Shown piece by piece: positions 9,203 to 19,058 of a stretch of DNA of 64,000 nucleotides; position 1 is the stretch's first letter; the number at the start of each line of letters is the position of its first letter. Below the pieces are notes generated by a model. It was given only the letters and a program-made list of their open reading frames with translations, was not told the origin of the DNA and made no database searches. This stretch comes from a virus, in the IMG/VR virus record IMGVR_UViG_3300042914_002167. One strand, given 5' to 3'. Both the position numbers and the translations under genes were made by a program.

Positions 9203-10580
9203 CAACGAGAATTATGCCCGAAAGACTCTTCCCTTTCTTAAGACAGATTACTTCTCTGAACAACATGAGAAAGTCATCTTTGAAGAAGTTCATCGATATG
9301 TTACTCAATACAACAGCCTACCTACTGTATCGGCACTCAGGGTTGAACTTGAAGACAAGCCTAATCTCGTGGAATCTACTTACAAGAAGACATCACAGTT
9401 GCTTGATGAGATCAAGGAAACTGAATGTGACATGAAGATCACGGAATGGCTTGTTGATTCTACAGAAAAATTCTGTCAAGAGAAAGCCATCTACAATGGC
9501 ATTATGCAGAGCATCCAGATACTGGATAGCAAGACAGGAGAATCAAAACTTGACAAAGGCGCCATACCGAGTATCCTTGCAGATGCGTTGTCAGTCTCGT
9601 TTGACAATCATGTCGGGCATGATTTCCTAGATGATGCTGAGTCTCGCTATGAGTTCTATCATAAAGTAGAACAGCGCATTCCATTTGATCTTGAATACTT
9701 CAACAAGATCACAAAGGGTGGGCTGCCCAACAAGACACTGAACATCATTCTGGCTGGCACTGGCGTCGGCAAGTCAATGTTCATGTGTCACTGCGCAGCA
9801 GGCAATCTGACGATGGGCAAGAACGTCCTCTACATCACACTTGAGATGGCAGAAGAGCGTATTGCTGAACGTATTGATGCGAATCTCCTGAACACTGACC
9901 TAGACAAACTTGTCTCTATGCCCAAGGATGTCTACGTCAGCAAGATTGAGAAGTTGCGCAAGAAGACAATGGGTAAGTTGATCATCAAGGAATATCCTAC
10001 TGCATCAGCTAACGTGACTCACTTCAAGCATCTGCTGAATGAGTTGAAGTTGAAGCGACAGTTCATTCCAGATATCATCTACATTGACTACCTGAACATC
10101 TGCGCATCCTCTCGCATGAAGCAAGGTAACTCTGTCAATTCGTATACATTCATCAAAGCAATTGCAGAAGAACTTCGCGGGCTTGCAGTTGAGATGAAAG
10201 TTCCTGTTGTCTCAGCCACACAGACAACGAGAAGTGGTTACGATAACACTGACGTTAGTCTTACAGACACATCAGAGTCTTTTGGTTTACCCGCGACAGC
10301 GGACTTCATGTTTGCTCTAATGTCGTCTGATGAACTCGCAGACTTGAATCAGATCATGGTCAAGCAATTGAAGAATCGGTACTCTAATCCAGACACAAAC
10401 AAGAGATTTGTCATCGGCGTGGATAAGGCAAAGATGAAACTTTACGATGTGGAACAGTCAGCACAGAACCATATCCATGATAGTGGTCAAGTTGAAGACA
10501 GTACTCCAGTCTTTGACAAGTCAGGATTTGGTAAGGGAATGCGCGCGGAGCGCAAGTTTGAGGGCTTCAAAGTGACATAG
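9165..10580 (+). CDS. gp41: Replicative DnaB-like helicase
   Basis: AGTGVGKS, ITLEMAEE, IYIDYLNI, SATQTTR, KQLKNRY. Confidence 0.97.
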   Translation: MKIETQILKHLIDNENYARKTLPFLKTDYFSEQHEKVIFEEVHRYVTQYNSLPTVSALRVELEDKPNLVESTYKKTSQLLDEIKETECDMKITEWLVDSTEKFCQEKAIYNGIMQSIQILDSKTGESKLDKGAIPSILADALSVSFDNHVGHDFLDDAESRYEFYHKVEQRIPFDLEYFNKITKGGLPNKTLNIILAGTGVGKSMFMCHCAAGNLTMGKNVLYITLEMAEERIAERIDANLLNTDLDKLVSMPKDVYVSKIEKLRKKTMGKLIIKEYPTASANVTHFKHLLNELKLKRQFIPDIIYIDYLNICASSRMKQGNSVNSYTFIKAIAEELRGLAVEMKVPVVSATQTTRSGYDNTDVSLTDTSESFGLPATADFMFALMSSDELADLNQIMVKQLKNRYSNPDTNKRFVIGVDKAKMKLYDVEQSAQNHIHDSGQVEDSTPVFDKSGFGKGMRAERKFEGFKVT

Positions 10581-10583
10581 GAG

Positions 10584-10668
10584 ACGGTCCAGGAGCGGTT
10601 TTGGGCGATTTTTCTGGCGGGTGGGTACTCAGATATCAACCTGGACGAAAAAATCGCTCCTGGACCGT
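10584..10668. repeat. Long inverted-repeat element, copy 1
   Basis: ACGGTCCAGGAGCG...CGCTCCTGGACCGT with central GGGTACT; followed by T-run. Confidence 0.85.
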
Positions 10669-10675
10669 TCTTTTT

Positions 10676-10750
10676 TGTTGTTTTCCTGCAACAAAGTCTA
10701 CTATTTTAGTCAACTAATCTATTGACTTCTGGCATCACTGTGGTATACTG
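10676..10750 (+). promoter_or_regulatory. Repeated early-promoter cassette (PeSL-like)
   Basis: TGTTG-N8-CAACA hairpin, second palindrome, TTGACT-16-TATACT with extended TG. Confidence 0.85.
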
Positions 10751-10782
10751 TATTCATAGTAGATAGAAAGAGGAGCAGCATC

Positions 10783-11025
10783 ATGAACGGCAAGATCAAG
10801 TTTCATAAGGCAGCGGGCCCCGCGTTCAATGTGGGCGAAGTGTGGGTTAGCGTCACTGGCGTTAATGTTGAAATCGTTGAGGTCGTCAAGTATCCTGGTG
10901 CTACCGAAGACCACACTGACGATTACGGCGTGACATACAGGAACATTGTAGATGGTAGCATCCACGAAAAGGATGCTTGGAATTTTCAGGTTCGTTACAC
11001 ACACCACGCGGATCAGTTTGTATAA
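10783..11025 (+). CDS. Early hypothetical protein
   Basis: GAGGAG RBS behind promoter cassette. Confidence 0.7.
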   Translation: MNGKIKFHKAAGPAFNVGEVWVSVTGVNVEIVEVVKYPGATEDHTDDYGVTYRNIVDGSIHEKDAWNFQVRYTHHADQFV

Positions 11026-11043
11026 CACGCTCAAGGAGCAGAC

Positions 11044-11313
11044 ATGTTTCTCGTTAAAGCAGGCACTGCGATTCAGGTCCAAACACCTAAGAGTGTGACT
11101 CATCACTATTGGTCAGGATGGATGCCCTACACCACCAGTGAGGACAAGCTTTACGACAAGCATGAGGTCTGGGACATTGTAGCGGTGTACAATGAGCGCG
11201 AGGATGTTCCCGACTGGGCTCGCCGCAACGTTGTGGAATTCAATAAGGTGGTTATCCAGCGCGCAGGCAAGTATGCACTGGTTAACCCACAGGACATTGA
11301 ATTCCTCAATTGA
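11044..11313 (+). CDS. Early hypothetical protein
   Basis: AAGGAG RBS. Confidence 0.7.
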   Translation: MFLVKAGTAIQVQTPKSVTHHYWSGWMPYTTSEDKLYDKHEVWDIVAVYNEREDVPDWARRNVVEFNKVVIQRAGKYALVNPQDIEFLN

Positions 11314-11322
11314 CAATAATTT

Positions 11323-11396
11323 TGTTGTTTTCCTGCAACAAAGTCTACTATTTTAGTCAACTATCTATTGACTTTGTACATCATCCAGTTATACTG
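11323..11396 (+). promoter_or_regulatory. Repeated early-promoter cassette
   Basis: Near-identical to 10676 copy. Confidence 0.85.
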
Positions 11397-11424
11397 AATA
11401 TGTTGAGTTGATGAGGTGATTGAA

Positions 11425-11676
11425 ATGAGCGACTATCTGATGACTGTTGATACCGAAAGCAAGAGTTTCCTTACAGAAACTAATCGCTATAAGTTTATGT
11501 CGTTTGTTATGAACAAGACATTGAATATTCATTATTATAAGATTAAGCAAGTATCAAAGAACAAGTATCAACTCTGGTGTGGTAATAAGGCAAAGAAAAC
11601 TCGCAGAGAGTTTTTGGTAGTCTTCCATAGCAATACGTATAAGCCAAGATCGTTTGGAGAGTTGATAACCCGATAA
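11425..11676 (+). CDS. Early hypothetical protein
   Basis: GAGGTG RBS after cassette. Confidence 0.6.
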   Translation: MSDYLMTVDTESKSFLTETNRYKFMSFVMNKTLNIHYYKIKQVSKNKYQLWCGNKAKKTRREFLVVFHSNTYKPRSFGELITR

Positions 11677-12064
11677 AGGATCATCAAATGACCGTATCAG
11701 AACTGATTCACATCCTCCAAACTCTGGATCCTACCGAAGAGGTCCGCGTAGCACATCCTAATCTGGATGATACCGCTCCTCTTGAGGATGTGATCCTGGT
11801 TGGTCCTGCTGGTGGTATTCCTACCCTTTGGGCCCGATTCTGAATAACCCAAAACTTGACAATGAAAACTCAGACTGAAATTCTTGGTTACTCTGTGAAA
11901 GGTCGCGACGAGGTACTCCGTGTGCCGTTTGTCACTGGCTTGGAAAACACTGAGCGTAAGGCTAAGAAGACCCTGGAGCAAATGCTGGCAAGCCCTCAGT
12001 ATTCCGAAAAAGAGAAAAAGACACTCAAGGTTGTACGCATTTTGAGAGTCACTGAAGAAGTTGT

Positions 12065-12436
12065 ATGATCTACACCAGCACACGATCCAAAAAGCGCAAC
12101 TCTAAGACTAAAAAAGAGATCGCAGAGTACGAAGCATGGCTAGCTAGCGTCAACTCCATGTCCTCTGGCTTGTCTTCGCGCAAGTATGGCGGTTCAGTAG
12201 TAGCAAAGCCTAAGAAGGCAGAACATGTAGTCGCAGAAAAGCGAAAGGCTACATACGTCACTGGTGTATGCACCACCGGTGGCATCATGAAAGACTACCA
12301 CAGACTCAGCAAGTCTGACAGGGAGATTGTAGACAATCTAGCGATGAGTGTCGCGCCTCTGCACAAAAGCAACTATGTCTATGTCTCAGAGGGTATGAAT
12401 CCCGCAAGCCTTGGTCGCAAAAACGAAGTTCTGTGA
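12065..12436 (+). CDS. Conserved basic hypothetical protein
   Basis: VAPLHKSNYVYV motif. Confidence 0.65.
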   Translation: MIYTSTRSKKRNSKTKKEIAEYEAWLASVNSMSSGLSSRKYGGSVVAKPKKAEHVVAEKRKATYVTGVCTTGGIMKDYHRLSKSDREIVDNLAMSVAPLHKSNYVYVSEGMNPASLGRKNEVL

Positions 12437-12497
12437 TAACCTAGTTCTTATAAATAGCCTGTCAGCACGACAGGCTATTTTGTTTATAGGGGCGCAG

Positions 12498-13484
12498 ATG
12501 GCAAATCTATCGGTAGGCGAAATACAAAAGAGAGCAGGTAGAATAGAGACTTTGCTTAGAAAACTCGCCAATGGAGAATCGTTTGAGACTACACGCGGGC
12601 AGTTTGCCGCTAATCAACTTTATCACTACAAGAAAAAAGTTCTAATTGGAGTTTATTCACCTAATGATAAGAAGCAATTTGATGCTGCACAAAAAGCATT
12701 GAATAGTGCGGGTGTTGGTGATGAATTTTACATCGGCGTTCAGTTTTCAAAGACACACGGTGTTCCACTAACGCAACTTGTAAAGAATGTTGAGTTTGGA
12801 GGTAAAGGTAGTGGCGGCTCTCTTCAGGCGGAAACCGTAGCGATCAAACAATTACAAGAAGCGATAGATGAAGCTATCAAGCAAAACAAAGGTCCTATTG
12901 CAGTAAAAGCGGCAGGCAAAGTACACAAGAACATTGTTGGTGTTGAGAAGACTAACGGAACCCCAAAGTCAGATTTTCATCTTATAGATAACACGGGCGC
13001 AGCAGTCATCTGGATCAGCCACAAAGACGGTAGAGGACCAAAAGACTTCCAGCAGTGGGGTGGAATTTCACAAAGGTCTGAACCAACAATCTTCAATCAT
13101 CATGAGACACAGACATTCATAAATGACCTGAAGAAGTTCTACCCAAACGGGCTCCCTCCAGCAACGACACTCTATAGAAAAATTGCAGACAAGGGATTGA
13201 AGATGTTGAGTGTGTATGGTAATCAGTATCCTTCTGGTAGACTTGGTGAGCAGAACGTAAGCGTCCTTCTGCAAGGACCACCTGGTGTAAAGAAGGCGGG
13301 AATGCAATACGAACTAACAGCAAACCACGTACACTACAACGGAGACTCAGTTGATGACGGTGGTTTTGAACCAGTCCTGATGGCCATCTACAAAGGCGAT
13401 AGATCGGATGCTGGTATAAAAGGAACAAGAATCGTTATCTCTCCTATCATGGGGCGTAAAGGAACGGAGTGGCCTTCACCGTGA
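12498..13484 (+). CDS. Putative PD-(D/E)xK-type endonuclease, late expressed
   Basis: AET...TPKSDF...WISHKDG motif spacing; TATAAATA at 12449. Confidence 0.55.
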   Translation: MANLSVGEIQKRAGRIETLLRKLANGESFETTRGQFAANQLYHYKKKVLIGVYSPNDKKQFDAAQKALNSAGVGDEFYIGVQFSKTHGVPLTQLVKNVEFGGKGSGGSLQAETVAIKQLQEAIDEAIKQNKGPIAVKAAGKVHKNIVGVEKTNGTPKSDFHLIDNTGAAVIWISHKDGRGPKDFQQWGGISQRSEPTIFNHHETQTFINDLKKFYPNGLPPATTLYRKIADKGLKMLSVYGNQYPSGRLGEQNVSVLLQGPPGVKKAGMQYELTANHVHYNGDSVDDGGFEPVLMAIYKGDRSDAGIKGTRIVISPIMGRKGTEWPSP

Positions 13485-14062
13485 AATCATTCAAAGAATA
13501 CATAGCAGAAGCGAAAGGAGACTTATCTACTACAGAGAAGGCTCTTTTGGACAAATACAATGAAAACAAAAAAATGTATGGTCATACTCATATTCCTATT
13601 CAGGGTAAGCGTGAGCATGATGCAGCTAAGAAATTAGTTGCGAAGGGTCATGCGAAAGAGTATAAAAACATGAGTGGGTTGTCTAAGGGTGAATACAAGA
13701 TAAGCCCATTTACTCGTAAGGCATACACCACTAAAGATTTGTTTGTATACGGCGGAGAACTGGTGTTCGAACCCACTGTTGGAGACATTACATCTGAGTT
13801 CATCAATAGATACAAAGATGATCCTAAGGGCGTATACAATCAAGCTAAAGCGGCATACTTAGACGCAGTAAGTGCAGCAAAGTCTCATTCCGTGAAAGCT
13901 GCGGAACTGCACAAGTCACACGAAACTATGTCCAAAATAGAATTTCAAAATTCTGTGATGAAGCACTTCGGTAAACATCTGAAGAAGTATGGATTTCCAA
14001 AACATGCATCTAAGGGATGGGGAGATGCGGAGCATGATCTTCTAAAAGAACTATCAAAATGA
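13481..14062 (+). CDS. Probable internal head protein (GTG start)
   Basis: N-terminus MKSFKEYIAEA resembles the T4 capsid-targeting sequence MKTYQEFIAEA. Confidence 0.65.
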   Translation: MKSFKEYIAEAKGDLSTTEKALLDKYNENKKMYGHTHIPIQGKREHDAAKKLVAKGHAKEYKNMSGLSKGEYKISPFTRKAYTTKDLFVYGGELVFEPTVGDITSEFINRYKDDPKGVYNQAKAAYLDAVSAAKSHSVKAAELHKSHETMSKIEFQNSVMKHFGKHLKKYGFPKHASKGWGDAEHDLLKELSK

Positions 14063-15288
14063 AATCATTCAAAGAACACATAAGTGAAGAGAAAAATCTT
14101 CACATGGAACACGGTGAAGACCTTGTTCTAAATGCAGGAGTCAAAGGCACACGCGAGGTGATCAATTCACTCCGTGCAGTTCGCGATATGCTGGCTGGTA
14201 ACTCAACAAAGAAAGTTGATGTGACAGTCAAGTGGGATGGTGCACCTGCTATCTTCGCTGGGCAAGATCCAAGAGATGGAAAGTTCTTCATCGCAAAGAA
14301 GGGTATCTTCAACAAGAATCCTAAGCTATACAAAACGAATGCTGAGATTGACGCAGACACATCTGGTGATCTTGCAGACAAACTAAAAGCATGTCTCCGA
14401 TACCTACCTGAACTAGGCATCAAAGGAGTTGTGCAAGGTGATTTGCTATACACTAGAGAAGACATCAAAGATGCTACTATTGATGATGTGGAGTACATCA
14501 CATTCCATCCAAACACCATCGTATACGCAGTGCCTAAAGCTAGTGATCTCGCTAAGAGAATTCTGTCAAGCAAGATTGGTCTTGCATGGCACACAATCTA
14601 CGAAGGCGACTCTCTAGAAACAATGAAGGCTGTGTTCGGAAAGAACATCGTTGGATCATTCAGTGCATCTAGAAACGTATGGTCAACCGACGTTGACTAC
14701 AAAGACGTATCTGGCAAAGCAACAATGACTGCTGAAGAGACTGCACAAGTCACCGAGTTGCTATCTCAAGCAGGAAAGTTGTTCTACAAACTTGACGCAA
14801 AGATTCTGAATGGCATCTCAGATGACGAAGAACTCCTGATGCGAATCAAGACATTCAACAACATGAAGGTTCGCGCACAACAAAGAATCACGAATGTTGC
14901 AGCACACGTATCTGGATTGATTGAGTACATGAACGGCATCTACTCAAAAGAAGAACAAGAAAAGAAGACAGAAAAAGGCAAGTCTGCTGTTCAACAGAGA
15001 GCAAAGAAAGTCTTGTCATTCTTCAATCCAAAGAGCAAGAAGCAACTAGAGAATATCTTCACGATGATGAATCTTCTAGTTGACGCAAAGCAGATGTTGA
15101 TAGATAAGTTGAACGAAGTCAAAAAGCTGGACACATTCTTGTTGACTAAGAACGGATACAAAGTCACTGGCGTAGAAGGCTACGTAGCAATTGACAAGCT
15201 ATCCGGTAACGCTGTAAAATTGGTGGACAGAATGACGTTTAGTTACGCAAACTTCTCACCTGACGTAATCAAGGGATGGGAGAGATGA
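14059..15288 (+). CDS. Conserved T4-like protein with ligase-like KxDG motif (DUF6267-like)
   Basis: MKSFKEHISEE; VTVKWDGAPA; QGDLLY; EGYVA; VKLVDR. Confidence 0.65.
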   Translation: MKSFKEHISEEKNLHMEHGEDLVLNAGVKGTREVINSLRAVRDMLAGNSTKKVDVTVKWDGAPAIFAGQDPRDGKFFIAKKGIFNKNPKLYKTNAEIDADTSGDLADKLKACLRYLPELGIKGVVQGDLLYTREDIKDATIDDVEYITFHPNTIVYAVPKASDLAKRILSSKIGLAWHTIYEGDSLETMKAVFGKNIVGSFSASRNVWSTDVDYKDVSGKATMTAEETAQVTELLSQAGKLFYKLDAKILNGISDDEELLMRIKTFNNMKVRAQQRITNVAAHVSGLIEYMNGIYSKEEQEKKTEKGKSAVQQRAKKVLSFFNPKSKKQLENIFTMMNLLVDAKQMLIDKLNEVKKLDTFLLTKNGYKVTGVEGYVAIDKLSGNAVKLVDRMTFSYANFSPDVIKGWER

Positions 15289-16590
15289 ATGGCACAATTT
15301 AATAAAAATACACACACATACTTAGATCAAGCAAAGACACTCTTTGAAGTAGTCATGCTGGCTGACCAGTATGGTAACAGAGTCGGTCCTGCTAATCCAA
15401 CTGGTGTTGCAGTTGATGCATTTGGTAGAGGCAGAACATCATCTCCACTAACTCTGTTTGATTCTTCCCACAGATACAAAGACAACGGATTGTGGTCAAC
15501 AGCAAACACAGCAAACACCACGATTGTGTTTTCACCCAACGAGGGGCTTATCAATCTCACATTGACAAACGGCACTGCAAATGCAGAGATTGTTCGTGAA
15601 ACAACAAAGGTGATGTCATATCAACCAGGCAAGTCTTTGCTCTCAATGAACACGTTTGTAATGTCTCCAGCCAAGACAAATCTAAGGCAAAGAATCGGTT
15701 ATTTCGGCGCAAACAACGGAGTATTCCTAGAGCAATCAGGAAACACTGTAAGTTTCGTTGAACGTTCGATTGTCAGTGGTGCAGTAGTTGACACGCCAGT
15801 TACACAAGCAAACTGGAATCTAGATCCACTAGACGGCACAGGACCATCTAAGTTGACATTGAATCTCGCACAAGCGCAGATTTTCTGGGCTGATATTGAG
15901 TGGCTAGGAGTTGGATCGGTGAGATGCGGATTCGTCATCAACGGGCAGTTGATTCACTGCCACTCATTCCATCATGCAAACATACTGTCTTCAACATACA
16001 TCACAACAGCATCATTGCCGGTGCGTTATGAGATAAAGAACACAGGAACAGTCTCTGGTGGATCAACACTAAAGCAAATCTGTTCTACTGTAATCTCTGA
16101 AGGTGGATATGAACTTCGTGGTGATCAGAGGGCAGTTGGCACACCAGTCCAAACACCAAAGTCATTGGCGACAGCGGGTACGTACTATCCAGTTGTATCT
16201 CTTCAGTTGAAAGCTGCTAATCTAGACGGAATTGCAATCCTTACTGCGTTATCTATTCTTGGAATAAACTCAAATCCCACAAGTATAGCATGGAGAGTTA
16301 TTAGAGGCGGAACATTGAACTCTCCGTCATGGAGCCCATCAGATGGTTCTGTTGAGTATGATCTATCTGCAACAGGCATATCAGGTGGTCAAGTTATGGC
16401 TCAGGGATATGTTGGTATCACGAACCAATCATCACAGACAATTGATGTTCTGAAAGAAGCATTGTTCAAGTTTCAATTGCAACGTAATGGATTGACTGGT
16501 ACTCCAGAACCCATTACACTAGCACTCGCTGCATCCGTGAACAATGTACAATGTCTAGGTTCTATGGATTGGGAAGAGATATCTAGATAA
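15289..16590 (+). CDS. Beta-rich virion structural protein
   Basis: Thr/Gly/Asn-rich; YQPGKS, EWLGVGSVRCG; late region. Confidence 0.55.
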   Translation: MAQFNKNTHTYLDQAKTLFEVVMLADQYGNRVGPANPTGVAVDAFGRGRTSSPLTLFDSSHRYKDNGLWSTANTANTTIVFSPNEGLINLTLTNGTANAEIVRETTKVMSYQPGKSLLSMNTFVMSPAKTNLRQRIGYFGANNGVFLEQSGNTVSFVERSIVSGAVVDTPVTQANWNLDPLDGTGPSKLTLNLAQAQIFWADIEWLGVGSVRCGFVINGQLIHCHSFHHANILSSTYITTASLPVRYEIKNTGTVSGGSTLKQICSTVISEGGYELRGDQRAVGTPVQTPKSLATAGTYYPVVSLQLKAANLDGIAILTALSILGINSNPTSIAWRVIRGGTLNSPSWSPSDGSVEYDLSATGISGGQVMAQGYVGITNQSSQTIDVLKEALFKFQLQRNGLTGTPEPITLALAASVNNVQCLGSMDWEEISR

Positions 16591-16663
16591 GATTATTCAT
16601 TGTCATAGGGTACACAGTAATGTAACATAGTGTCAAGTCAAAGTCAAGCAAAGAATCGGTAAT

Positions 16664-16671
16664 TATAAATA
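16664..16671 (+). promoter_or_regulatory. Late promoter
   Basis: TATAAATA. Confidence 0.7.
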
Positions 16672-16731
16672 GAATATCAGCAGTTAGGTTAAGGCAAACC
16701 TGCTAGGATAAGCCCAAGGGAACCTCCAAGC

Positions 16732-19026
16732 ATGAAAAAATTCAAAACACATCTCACTGAAGCGAAAAAGTCTACCGTTGTGGTGTCATTCGGAAGAATG
16801 AATCCGATGACAAACGGGCACGAAAAACTCGCAAACAAACTCAAGTCAGAAGCTGCATCGCGTAGCGCAGACGCAAAGTTATATCTCTCACATTCCACTA
16901 ATCCCAAAAAAGATCCTCTGTCGTTTGACGCTAAAGTCAAATTCGCAAAGAAGGCTTTTGGTCCAATGGTGCAGAACTCAGTAGCACGAACTATCATTGA
17001 AGTTGCTAAAGAGTTGACTGGTAAGTATTCCAATCTTGTGGTTGTTGTTGGCAGTGATCGTGTTCCAGAATTCAGAACATTGCTTGAGAAATACAACGGC
17101 AAAGACTTCACATTTGATTCCATTGAAATTGTATCCGCCGGAGAAAGAGATCCAGACGCAGAGGGCGTAGAGGGTATGTCTGGATCAAAGATGCGCAAGT
17201 TTGCAGCAGATGAAGACTTTGCGAACTTCAAACAGGGTGTTCCATCTAAGTTGTCTGACTCAGACGCAAAAGAACTCTATAACGCAGTGAGAAAGGGCAT
17301 GAAGTTGGACGAAAGCGTTGAACTGGAAGAGGGCGAACAGACTACAGCAGACTACAAAGTAAGCAAGAGTGGTAAGAAGTATCCTGCACACAGAATCGTC
17401 TTGGGAAAGAAAAGAAAAGAAGATGATGAAGAGTCTGAAGAAGACGATAAGGAAGATGTGAAAGAAGCAGTTCTCAACTACTCTCAGCGTATGATGAGAG
17501 CGACAAGATTCAAGCGTCTCCAGAAGAGAGTGCAAAGAGCAAGAACCCTTGCAATGAGAAGATATGCAAATCCTGAGCGTTTGAAACAACGATCTCTGAA
17601 GATGGCAAGAAACTTCTTGAGAATGCACATGGCTGGAGGCAAACAGTATTCCAATCTTTCCACTGGTGAAAAGATTTCAGTAGACACAAGAATGCAGAGA
17701 CTTGCGCCTGTGATCAAGAAACTGGCCGCACGACTAATGCCAACTGTCAGACAAAAAGAAACACTGCGTCATGTCGTTGGTTCATCCGTCAAAGAAGAAA
17801 CTCAAATCAATGAACTGGCGTATCAAGGAAACATCGGTGCAATGGAAATGTTTGCTTTCTTCCAGAAGGCAACAGATGAACAAAAGAAACAGATGAAAGC
17901 GTTGATTGGTGCAGGTAAAGATAGAGAAGCATGGAAGTTGATTCACAAAGTCACGGGTGTCAAGTTGGTTGGTCCTCAGTTTGAACAGTATCTGATGGAG
18001 CAAGAAGAAGAGGAAGAAGACGAAACTGAGATTGATGGTCTAGAGATGATCCAGATTGAACTTCGCGCAATGATTGAAGATGCGAGAAGTTTGCTAGTGA
18101 CAATTAGTAATATGGAAGAAGAGCCAGAAGCATGGGTTCAATCTAAAGTCAGTCTCGCCACAGATTACATTGCAAGCGTCAAAGATTATCTTGAGTTCTC
18201 TGATGATGATGATGAAGAAGAAGATGATGACGAAAGCGAAGATGATTACGCAGACGCTGAAGATGCAATGTATGGAATGGAAACAGAGGGATTTGAGTCT
18301 GATCTAGAACATATCGTAGAAACGCTAAACGCACTTCACAAGAAATCCGAAAAGAGTGGAATTGACTATTCAACTATCCGAGAAGTATACTTGAGGGGTC
18401 TTCAATCATATGATGAATCTGCATCAATGACTCCACAACAATGGGCATTTGCTAGAGTCAATTCATTCGTCAGTGGCGGTGCTACAATCAAGCACGATGA
18501 TGCTGATTTATGGGAGTCTGTTCAGAGAAACAATAAGTTCTCACAGTTTGCAGAGGGTGTTCTTGAGTACGGCACAGATGCAGCTAGATTAGCCTATGCT
18601 AGAGCAACACCCGGGCAGAGCCAAGAAATCACGATGGCTAGATACTCAGCAGATAAAGCACTAGAAGCAATCAACAGTGCAAATCTTCAGAGAGCATTCA
18701 AGTTGTACAGCGAAGAAGCGTGTTGCGATGAGTGTCAAGATGAAATCGTTGAAGAAGTAGATTGGGATCTAGTTCTTCACGAAGCGCAGTATCAGGGCAA
18801 AGACGTTACGCTAAACAAGCCATTCTACACACCAGATGGACCAAAGAAGTCTGCGGTGTACACAATGGGACCAAACGATAAAGTTGTGATTGTTCGTTTC
18901 GGTGATCCTAATATGGAAATCAAAAAAGACAATCCAGAGAGAAGAAAGAGTTTCCGTGCAAGACATAATTGCGACGAACCAGGACCAAAGTGGAAAGCAA
19001 AATACTGGTCTTGCGCAGCATGGTAA
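16732..19026 (+). CDS. Cytidyltransferase-like (HxGH-class) domain followed by multiple appended modules; probable internal polyprotein
   Basis: SFGRMNPMTNGHEKL, VVGSDR, SAGERDPDAEGVEGMSGSKMR; acidic linkers; C-terminal RFGDP...RKSFRARHNC...YWSC module. Confidence 0.75.
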   Translation: MKKFKTHLTEAKKSTVVVSFGRMNPMTNGHEKLANKLKSEAASRSADAKLYLSHSTNPKKDPLSFDAKVKFAKKAFGPMVQNSVARTIIEVAKELTGKYSNLVVVVGSDRVPEFRTLLEKYNGKDFTFDSIEIVSAGERDPDAEGVEGMSGSKMRKFAADEDFANFKQGVPSKLSDSDAKELYNAVRKGMKLDESVELEEGEQTTADYKVSKSGKKYPAHRIVLGKKRKEDDEESEEDDKEDVKEAVLNYSQRMMRATRFKRLQKRVQRARTLAMRRYANPERLKQRSLKMARNFLRMHMAGGKQYSNLSTGEKISVDTRMQRLAPVIKKLAARLMPTVRQKETLRHVVGSSVKEETQINELAYQGNIGAMEMFAFFQKATDEQKKQMKALIGAGKDREAWKLIHKVTGVKLVGPQFEQYLMEQEEEEEDETEIDGLEMIQIELRAMIEDARSLLVTISNMEEEPEAWVQSKVSLATDYIASVKDYLEFSDDDDEEEDDDESEDDYADAEDAMYGMETEGFESDLEHIVETLNALHKKSEKSGIDYSTIREVYLRGLQSYDESASMTPQQWAFARVNSFVSGGATIKHDDADLWESVQRNNKFSQFAEGVLEYGTDAARLAYARATPGQSQEITMARYSADKALEAINSANLQRAFKLYSEEACCDECQDEIVEEVDWDLVLHEAQYQGKDVTLNKPFYTPDGPKKSAVYTMGPNDKVVIVRFGDPNMEIKKDNPERRKSFRARHNCDEPGPKWKAKYWSCAAW

Positions 19027-19058
19027 AGAACAACACATACAATCAAGGAGATATCAAC

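Noticed and set aside
16680-16725. c-di-GMP riboswitch (GGCAAACC) ahead of ORF 16732
   Set aside because: Only the short motif matches; the GNRA/receptor architecture is absent
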